NCBI GenBank assembly: GCA_005191425.1 | Contig: SUPR01000035.1 | Span: 1-32,000 of the forward strand | DNA from: Candidatus Helarchaeota ASGARD archaeon Hel_GB_B | GTDB taxonomy: Archaea; Asgardarchaeota; Lokiarchaeia; Helarchaeales; HEL-GB-B | Direction: 5' to 3' | DNA length: 32,000 nt | Shown: positions 18,653 through 27,000 of the stretch, in pieces | Layout of the letters: each line of letters starts with the position of its first letter | Position numbering within the stretch: the first letter of the stretch is position 1 | Position numbers and translations under genes: made by a program | The notes under the pieces: generated by a model | What the model was told of the DNA's origin: nothing | Databases searched by the model: none | The model's input: only the letters and a program-made list of their open reading frames with translations

Positions 18653-20783
18653 CCTTTAAATCACCCTTTGTTTTATCCGTTCTTTTCTTATGATTCGCCC
18701 AGTTAACACAAGTGGTAAATGGCCTTTTTTTTGGGAGTTGGAGTCTGACCATCGGATATTTCTTTCCAAATTCATCTTCGCAATATTTACAATATTTATT
18801 TAATGGTGTAATTTTACCTTTTTGGGATATGGGAAATGATGTAGTACATTTCGGATAATTTGAACATCCAATAAATCTTTTTTTAGTTTTTTTAGAATAA
18901 AGAATTTTAAGAGTACCTCCATCACAATTTGGGCATTTTCCAATAATACTCTGCTCTTCATATGTTTTTATAATAGAATCTTCAAGACTTTTTCCGATAG
19001 ACATCTCATCAGCTTTAAACTTCCCTAAAATGATCATTAACCTCTCTTTAACATTATTGATAACATCGTCCTTGTGGATTTCACCCATCTCAATCTTATT
19101 CATCATCCGTTCCAATTCTCTTGTCATTTCCACTGATAATATCTCGGGGACATATCTTTTAAGAACATCAATTAAAGACATACCGATTTTAGTGGGTTCA
19201 ATTAACTTATTTTTTATATATTTTCTTTCATATAACTTTTTTATAATTTCAGACCTCGTGGATTTTGTACCAATTTCGTTTTTCTCCATCCATTTTCTAA
19301 TAGAATTTGGATTATATCTTGCCGGGGGCTTGGTCTGTTTTTTTTCTTTTTTTAACTCTACATCAAATATTTGTCCTAAATTAAACGGAGGTAGACCTTC
19401 TGCTTTTAACCCCTTGGCTACAATTGGATTAAACTTAAGCCAACCCTTATCGACTAAATTCTGACCTGTTAAATAAAAAGTATCTGTATCTATCATTACT
19501 TTATATTTCGTTTTTTCAAATTTAGCAGGTTGACCAAAGATGGAAAAAAAGTTATATACTATCAAATTATAGATATTTTTTTCTGTCTTATTAAGTCCTT
19601 CTGCTGGTATATTCCCTGTAGGTGTTATTGGCGGGTGCGCTGGGTCGGTCTTTTTACCTTTATTTGGTACCAGCTGCAACTTTAATAATTCATCACACAA
19701 ACTCTTGTATTCTGTGCATTTTTCCAATGATTGTATAATCTGGTTAATATTCAAGCTTTTTGGAATAACTTGATTGGAGGTACGAGGATAACTTATTAAT
19801 GACTTTAAATATAAACTCTCAGCAATTTTTAAAGTGGTAGACGGGTTATACTTAAAAAAATTCCACGCATCATCTTGTAGACCACTTAAATTATAGGGAA
19901 CTGGTGGATTTCTGTAAAAGTCAGATTTTTTAATATCTGATATAACGCCTTGTTTATTTTTACACCTATCTAACACGCGGTCTATTTCATTTTCGTCGTA
20001 GAACCTCTTCTTTACGCACTCAATAGGATACTTCTTACCTTGAAATTTAAGAAATCCCTTAATTTTCCAATAATCCTCTGGTATAAACTGTAAAATACTT
20101 TTCTCCCTCTCGACCAATTCTGCCAATGTTGGGCCTTGAACCCGCCCTATTGTAAGTAAATAGAAATTTATCTTCTCTAATTTTGTCGTACTTAATGTTA
20201 ATGCATGCGATAAGTTAATCCCAAATAAATAATCCACCTCGTGTCTGCATATCCCCGATTCTATTAAATTGAAATTCAACGAAGGCATGGGGCACTCATA
20301 TGAATTTATTATTTCTCGTTCTGTCAGAGACGAAAATTTCATCCGTTTAGCTATACTTACTCTCTCTCCTCCTATGCAATATTCCAAAATCTTATATCCA
20401 ATTGTAGAACCCTCAATATCATAATCACACGCTACTATATATTCATTACAGACCTGTGATACCTTCTTAAAAATGTCCAGCAAGTTTTTATACTGGTAAT
20501 ATTGTCTGTTCTTTTTTCTCGCAAGCGCTAATTTCTCGTAATTTGGCACCCACTTAAGGTCAAAAACAGGGTACTCAAAATTCCCCTTACCCTCCTCTTT
20601 TTTATGACTGACCGTAAAAAGATGTCCTATAGCTGGGACTAACAATAAGACCTTACCACCCCGTTCTGCCCTATAGTACTCGACATTCTTCAATTTAACT
20701 AATTTAGGGCTGTTTTTTTCGTCCAAAATTTTCGCAATTTTTTTACACGCAAGCGGTTTTTCTGTTATTACCAAGACCGACAT
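18645..20783 (-). CDS. topA: DNA topoisomerase I (archaeal type IA)
   Basis: TOPRIM motifs ITEKP and ACDYDIEG, GRVQGPTL, active-site ISYPRT, and C-terminal Zn ribbons (CPNC...GCSNYPKC). Overlaps the galK start by 8 nt. Confidence 0.95.
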   Translation of the reverse strand: MSVLVITEKPLACKKIAKILDEKNSPKLVKLKNVEYYRAERGGKVLLLVPAIGHLFTVSHKKEEGKGNFEYPVFDLKWVPNYEKLALARKKNRQYYQYKNLLDIFKKVSQVCNEYIVACDYDIEGSTIGYKILEYCIGGERVSIAKRMKFSSLTEREIINSYECPMPSLNFNLIESGICRHEVDYLFGINLSHALTLSTTKLEKINFYLLTIGRVQGPTLAELVEREKSILQFIPEDYWKIKGFLKFQGKKYPIECVKKRFYDENEIDRVLDRCKNKQGVISDIKKSDFYRNPPVPYNLSGLQDDAWNFFKYNPSTTLKIAESLYLKSLISYPRTSNQVIPKSLNINQIIQSLEKCTEYKSLCDELLKLQLVPNKGKKTDPAHPPITPTGNIPAEGLNKTEKNIYNLIVYNFFSIFGQPAKFEKTKYKVMIDTDTFYLTGQNLVDKGWLKFNPIVAKGLKAEGLPPFNLGQIFDVELKKEKKQTKPPARYNPNSIRKWMEKNEIGTKSTRSEIIKKLYERKYIKNKLIEPTKIGMSLIDVLKRYVPEILSVEMTRELERMMNKIEMGEIHKDDVINNVKERLMIILGKFKADEMSIGKSLEDSIIKTYEEQSIIGKCPNCDGGTLKILYSKKTKKRFIGCSNYPKCTTSFPISQKGKITPLNKYCKYCEDEFGKKYPMVRLQLPKKRPFTTCVNWANHKKRTDKTKGDLKDE

Positions 20784-20832
20784 TTTTTACCTTACCATAA
20801 CCTTTTTTTTGAATGCTTGATTTTTATCCTAT

Positions 20833-21612
20833 TCAGACCATCCCTAATAAACCTTTCAGACCACTAAATGACACGTTTTTCAACCCTAATATTTTCGGGC
20901 CTCCTGGACAAGAATAAATCTCGACCCCGGTCTTCTTAATTATTTCTGAAATAAGAAACTCTGCAAACCTTAATTTTATTATTTTATTCCTCCCTGCTGG
21001 GTGCACTCCTAACCCTGGCTTAGAGTACTCTCCTACCTCCTCCCCAAAATCGAACCCGAATAATATTACTCTTCTAGCTTTAAATTTAGCGGCTAAAAAA
21101 ACACACCTATCACCATCCGTGAAACCGCCATAATTTATTAAGTTTTCAAGTGCCCTCGTCTGGACACTCCCTAATATTTGTCCCCTAAACCTAGGCGTAT
21201 ACTTCTCAATCAAATGCATATTATCTCCATGTGCATGAATTATTGTAATCGTCCCCCCTTCGTTTGCTTTCATAATATCCTCGATATTACCGTCTAGATC
21301 TGAACAATTTAAGTGACAACGAATTTTAAAACTAATTAGACCAGAAATGGCACCATCTGCCGCAATATTCGTCCCTTTAAGCCCGATTTTTTTCAACGCA
21401 CTCAATGAACTTTTTAACGAAGGGCCACACCCATAAATAAAAACAGTTCTATTCCGAATCAGACCTTCTAACTTTTTTTCCATTAATTTAACGTTTACTC
21501 TACCCTCTAATAATTTATTTAGCAACCTAGCTGACCTTTCATCATCAGCCTCACTTATTCCCAATTTTTCCTTGATTATTTCATAATAACTCTTCCATTC
21601 TTTCCATTCCAT
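20833..21612 (-). CDS. mptE: 6-hydroxymethyl-7,8-dihydropterin pyrophosphokinase (MptE-like)
   Basis: GCGPSL, IAADGA, SDLDG, IHAHGDN, GGFTDGDRCVFLA, GFDFG and KLRFAE motifs. Confidence 0.85.
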   Translation of the reverse strand: MEWKEWKSYYEIIKEKLGISEADDERSARLLNKLLEGRVNVKLMEKKLEGLIRNRTVFIYGCGPSLKSSLSALKKIGLKGTNIAADGAISGLISFKIRCHLNCSDLDGNIEDIMKANEGGTITIIHAHGDNMHLIEKYTPRFRGQILGSVQTRALENLINYGGFTDGDRCVFLAAKFKARRVILFGFDFGEEVGEYSKPGLGVHPAGRNKIIKLRFAEFLISEIIKKTGVEIYSCPGGPKILGLKNVSFSGLKGLLGMV

Positions 21613-21778
21613 TCAAAATAACCTTTTATTTTTTTTCCTAACACTAAGCAAATTTCCATATTTTTCAAAGTTAATCCGTTATTTCATTTGTTAAAATTAA
21701 ATTTATAAATAAATTTTTGCTAGAGTTAATTACTTTCAATCAAACAAAAATAAAGAAATTTTAAGGAGTTTGTTAACA

Positions 21779-22222
21779 ATGAATTTTAAAAAAGGCGATA
21801 AGGAATATTACCTACCTGACGATTTGAAATATGTAAAATCACACCAATGGGCACGAGTAGAAGGTGATATAGTCGTAGTAGGAATTACCGATTATGCACA
21901 AAAAACATTAAAAGAAGTCATTTTTGTTGAATATAGTCAAGATGTCGGAGATACGACTGAAGCAGTTCAATTCGATGGTGATGAACCTACAACTGAACCA
22001 TACGGCTCTGTAGAGAGCACAAAAGGTGTAAGTCTCGTTTATTCTCCAGTTAGTGGCGAAATCGTTGAGAAAAATGAAGCATTGGAAGACGACCCTGAAC
22101 CAATTAACAGCGACTGCTATGGAGAAGGTTGGATGATTAAAGTAAAACCTTCTAACTTAGACGCTGATTTAGCTAACGCGCAATCTGCTGAAGAGCATGC
22201 CGAATGGCTAAAAACTCTTTAA
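21779..22222 (+). CDS. gcvH: Glycine cleavage system H protein / lipoyl carrier
   Basis: KSHQWARVEG, VGITDYAQ, lipoyl-Lys motif GSVESTK, SPVSGEIVEKN and INSDCYGEGWMIK. ATG at 21779 is preferred over TTG at 21770 because of its spacing from AAGGAG (21763-21768). Confidence 0.92.
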   Translation: MNFKKGDKEYYLPDDLKYVKSHQWARVEGDIVVVGITDYAQKTLKEVIFVEYSQDVGDTTEAVQFDGDEPTTEPYGSVESTKGVSLVYSPVSGEIVEKNEALEDDPEPINSDCYGEGWMIKVKPSNLDADLANAQSAEEHAEWLKTL

Positions 22223-22234
22223 TTCATTTTTTTT
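22223..22234 (+). terminator. T-tract terminator after gcvH
   Basis: TTCA followed by T8 immediately after the stop codon. Confidence 0.45.
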
Positions 22235-22283
22235 CTTAATAAATTTTTTATATTTATTAAAAATTCAATGGTTAATATCAAAA

Positions 22284-23405
22284 TTGTCTGAAAAGAAATT
22301 AGGTTTTATCATCAATCCATATGCCGGAATGGGAGGAGCCGTAGGACTAAAAGGGACTGATGGAGAACAAATTTTAAAAAAGGCTATTGAATTAGGTGCA
22401 AAACCTATTTCTCATCTTCGCGCAATTGAAATGTTAAATGAATTGAGTGCCATTAAAGAGAAATTGGAAATTCTTACTTACCCATTTGAGATGGGCGCCG
22501 ATGTCTTAAAAAAGCTGGGTTTTAATTATAGCGTAATTGGCGAAATAACTCGAGGAAAAACTACAGCTATGGACACTATTAATGCGGCTCGAAAAATGGA
22601 GGAAATGGGCATCAAGTTAATCATATTTTTTGGCGGCGATGGAACCGCTCAGGACATTTTAAAAGCAGTAGCTCAAAAAGTACCCGTATTAGGGGTACCT
22701 ACTGGGGTAAAAATCCATTCCTCTTGTTTTGCTATTAATCCAAAAAATGCCGCTCAAATCACAATTAGGTTTCTGTGGGACGAACTACCTCTACATGAAG
22801 CAGAAGTAATGGACGTTGATGAAGAGGCGTTTAGAGAAGGCGTGTTGTCCACCGAATTAAAAGGTTATCTAATGGTACCTTATGAACCTTCTCTCCTACA
22901 AGAAAGTAAAATGGCGACTCCAACTTCAATTGACGAACGGGAAAACCAGATCAGAGCTGCTCGTCATATTATTCATCATTTTGAAAACGATTATTATTAT
23001 ATTTTAGGACCTGGCTCTACCGTCAAAACTATTTGCGATGTGCTTGGAGTTGATAAATCATTATTGGGCGTAGATATTATTTATCAAAATAAATTGATCG
23101 CAAAAGATGTAAATGAAGATGATTTATTAAAAATTATCAATAATAATAAAGCAAAAATAATTGTTTCTCCTATCGGAAGGCAAGGTATAGTCTTAGGTCG
23201 CGGTAATCTCCAAATAAGTCCTAAAGTCCTGAGAAAAGTGGGCAAAGAAAATTTGATCATTGTCGCCACCCATTATAAGCTCTCAAACCTGCCTAAAGGG
23301 CACATGGTAGTAGACACTCGAGACCCTAACTTGGACTCCGAATTACGTGGATACGTCAGAGTTATCGTCGATACAAATGAAATAAGGATCATAAAAATTG
23401 AATAA
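22284..23405 (+). CDS. ATP-NAD kinase family protein (AcoX/COG3199-like)
   Basis: NPYAGMGGAVGLKGTDG, GGDGTA, GVPTGVKIHS, GPGST and GRQGIVLGRGNLQISP motifs. Confidence 0.85.
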   Translation: MSEKKLGFIINPYAGMGGAVGLKGTDGEQILKKAIELGAKPISHLRAIEMLNELSAIKEKLEILTYPFEMGADVLKKLGFNYSVIGEITRGKTTAMDTINAARKMEEMGIKLIIFFGGDGTAQDILKAVAQKVPVLGVPTGVKIHSSCFAINPKNAAQITIRFLWDELPLHEAEVMDVDEEAFREGVLSTELKGYLMVPYEPSLLQESKMATPTSIDERENQIRAARHIIHHFENDYYYILGPGSTVKTICDVLGVDKSLLGVDIIYQNKLIAKDVNEDDLLKIINNNKAKIIVSPIGRQGIVLGRGNLQISPKVLRKVGKENLIIVATHYKLSNLPKGHMVVDTRDPNLDSELRGYVRVIVDTNEIRIIKIE

Positions 23406-23482
23406 AAAATAATTTAGACCAATTTAATTATTTTCTATCACTGACATTTAGTATTTACCCTAAAATCTATTTTTTTGCAAAT

Positions 23483-23517
23483 ATTTATACCCTTCATATT
23501 TTATTGAGGGTATAAAT
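23483..23517. repeat. Perfect 11-bp inverted repeat (hairpin or operator)
   Basis: ATTTATACCCT (23483-23493), a 13-nt spacer, then AGGGTATAAAT (23507-23517). Confidence 0.55.
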
Positions 23518-24034
23518 TGATCCAAGATATCCCTAATTATATGGTAAAATAATGTGCCTATCATAATAAGACCAATATGCCATGACAAAATAAAAAATGA
23601 CCCAAATTCTAAAATATGTTAGGCACCATTTCCATTATTTTAATTGAAAATAAATTATTTTATTACATTTTGGTATTAAATTCAAGTTGGACAAAATTTG
23701 CATTAGTCCTCTCTTTTAATGTATTTGTGTAAAAAAAGCTCAACTCTAAATTCAAAACGAGATTTATGATTATTTTAAAATTCTTCGAAAATTGAGAATG
23801 GACAAATTTTAAAAATCTTCATAAGTCGTGGGTAAATTAATTATTTTTGTTATCTTATTTTTTAAGTTTTATTAGTCCGTTCTATTTAATTACATTTGAA
23901 AGTTTTTTATAAAATTCTAATTTACTGTCCTTTTTATCTTATCTTTAATCTTCAATTCATTAGCACCATAACTTTTTTTAAGTAGAATTCTTTATTCCAA
24001 AACTTAGACTTATTAATTAGGATGTGACTTTTTA

Positions 24035-27000
24035 TTGTCAGTATTTGAAAGGATGAAGAGGTCTTTAAGTAAGGTATTCCATAAACCTACAATTACAATC
24101 GATAAAACTAACATTTTACTTTATATTACACTTATCCTTGTTTTTATTATATCACTTATTATTAGGTTAATGCCATTATTTTACACTGATGCTGAGATTC
24201 ATGCTTTAGACCCATTTGTACAATACAGGTCTGCAAGATATATTTTAAATAATGGCTTTTTTAGCTTTATGAATTGGTATGATGACCAATCTTGGTATCC
24301 TTATGGTAAATATATGGGGGGCTCGATATTTCCGGGCACTCCTCTTTCCGGGATTACTACTTTTTATTTTTTGAATTTCATTGGTATCCCTGTCAGCTTC
24401 TTAGAGGCATGCGCAGTTACACCTGCGATAATGGGTGCTGTGACTTGTTTAATGATGTATTTTTTAGGGAAAGTACTTGCTAATAAAAAGGTCGGTCTGA
24501 TGGCTGCCTTTTTCATGATGGTATTACCTGGCCATATCCAGCGTTCTTATTGTGGTTTTTTTGATAACGAAGCTCTTGGAATTCTTGCAATAGTGGCGAC
24601 CTTAACTTTTTTCGTTCATTCCTTGAAAAAAGGGTCTATCTTTACCGGGATACTGGCTGGGATTAGTTTAGGTGTCTTATCGAGCACCTGGGGTTCTTGG
24701 AATTATATGTATGCTTTATTGTCGTTAACTGCATTTCTTTTAGTACTTATAAATAAATATTCGACAAGATTACTTGTAAGTTTTGGTCTGACCGTTGGAA
24801 TTGGGTGGATAATGTGTACGGTTGTACCAAGAAATGGGCTCGATGCATTTACAGGCTCCTATGCCCTAATTTCCTTAAGTATATTAGCGCTCCTATTCTT
24901 TATTGAACTATGGGGGCGGTTTAAAAGGTCTAATTTTTATTTCTTTAAAAATATTAGTGAAATGTTTAATTGGAAAAGAGTTCTGATCTATTCAGGAGTT
25001 GCAATTTTAACGATTGTAATAATTTTTGTTTCCACTGGAATACTTCAATATATCCTTACAGCATTTGTTAACACAAGTTTCTTTAAAGGTCTGGGGAATA
25101 GGGTCATTGCTATAATAAACCCATTATATGTCTCTCAAGCGACTAGGTCTGTTGCAGAACACATTCCATCTGCTTGGGGTGTCTATTATTTCAACTTCAG
25201 TTTCTTTCTCCTATTGATGCCTGTTGGTATTTTCTTTTTATTTAAACGGTTTCGTGAAGAAGATGTTTTAATGATCTTGTTTGGGGTCACAATGGTCTAT
25301 TTTTCAAGTTCTTATATTCGACTTCAACTTCTACTAGCCCCAGCAATTTCGATAATTGGAGCTTTTGGGCTTGTATTTCTTTTTAGACCTTTTTCTCTCA
25401 TATTTAAAGAAAAATTTATTATCGGAAGGAGAAAAAAGAGATTGTCCAAAATTGTAGGAAAAGAAATCGGGTTTGGAGTGATGGCATTCTTTATTTGGAT
25501 GCTATTATACCCTACAATGCATGGCATTTGGAATGGTTATGCAAATATTGGTCGAACACCTGGTATGCCTGACGACATGAAGGAAGGATATACTTGGATG
25601 CGTACTGTATTACCTCAAGGAACTGTAGTTATGTCTTGGTGGGACTATGGATATAGGATCACGACCATGGGTGAAAAAGTAACTGTAGACGATAATGCAA
25701 CAAGTAATTCAACTCAAATGGGTATGGTAGGTAGGATGTTTATGTCAACTGATGAAACTACTGCTGTAGAAATATGTAGAAAGTATAACGTAAGTTATGT
25801 CATGGTACGCTGGGGTTATTATCAGAGTTATCTTGCTGGAGATGATGGAAAGTGGCAGTGGATGTTACGAATAGCTTCACAGACGTTAAAAAACACTAAA
25901 TATAAAATTAATGTTAGTAGCATTTGGAGTGAAGATGAATATAAAGTAACTGGAAACTTCTTTAAGACAATTTTGTGGAAAATGCTGATTACTAATGAAC
26001 CTTACATTGATGCCACAAAGACTTATTCAACAGCCCAAGGAGGTTCAATATCCGGGGCTGATATAATCAATAGTAAAGGTGGCTTCTACAAGCCATTATG
26101 GACAAGATTAGCAAACCCAAATAATAATGAGCAATTTAAGACAGTAGAGGGTCATAATTGGGATTATTATAACCCAATACCTATGGGTACAAAGACGAGC
26201 CTACCTCTTGACGCCTCAACGACAATCGTAGATGTAGATACTTTCCCAGGAGACGGGGATTCCAATGATATGTTGAAGTTTTTCGATACAGCATTTTTTT
26301 CTAAATATAGGTTAATGAAAGTATATCGTGTGAATTATGATAAAGCGGACTTAAGATTTGATATATCGGATTTAAGATTATATAACAATAGCATAGCATA
26401 TATAAGAATAAATAATACTGGTAAAAGGATATTTGACATAGATTCTATAAAAATCAATTCAATGGAACCTACATATAAATTTAAAATAGGTGGTAATGGA
26501 ACAGCGGATTTAAAAAATATATATCCAGGAAAATTCATAGATATACGTGCTTCAGAGTTTAGTACTATTGAGTACAACCAGTCTTATGATGTTGAAATAG
26601 TGATAAAAGATTCTTCAATATCTTCAAATACCCTGACAAAGACTGAAGAAATTAATGCAGAGAAAGCATTGAATTATAATATGTCTGTGCCCGAGTCTAA
26701 AGTATATTTATTTAGTAATAATACAATTGGTTTTATAGTAAAAAATACGGGTGAGGATTACTTTAGGTTGCATGGACTAACGCTTGATTCTTATGTAGCA
26801 AGTGGTTTTATTTCAAATGCTACTTCGATAGTAGTAGCGCCTGGTGAAACTCAGAAAATATATATAGACTCAACATCAATGAGTCCGTCCTTAAATTTAA
26901 ATTTGGGCGATTTCTACAATAAAATGACAATAACAACAGATACTCCCAGTAATTTAAGTGTTGAAATTGATAATCTCACAGTGATTTCGGGTTCTTATTG

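Noticed and set aside
2739-20835. Genome-wide reassignment of TGA to Trp
   Set aside because: TGA ends the ABC ATPase (in an ATGA overlap), the giant gene and mptE, and Trp is encoded by TGG in the intact genes inspected.
20000-23400. Somewhat higher GC in the topA 5' end, mptE, gcvH and kinase region as a sign of horizontal transfer
   Set aside because: Only spot-checked by eye. These are ordinary archaeal housekeeping genes with no mobility genes or boundary repeats.
8602-23405. An NAD-metabolism cluster (nitrilase, nadA, NAD-kinase family)
   Set aside because: The genes are not adjacent or co-oriented as a unit, nadB and nadC are absent, and the nitrilase substrate is unknown.
23460-23710. 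Possible decayed minus-strand gene remnant (…LEFGSFFILSWHIGLIMIGTLFYHIIRDIL…, with a KFCPT-like stretch upstream)
   Set aside because: Only about 50 open codons with several stops upstream; cannot be distinguished from chance in AT-rich DNA.
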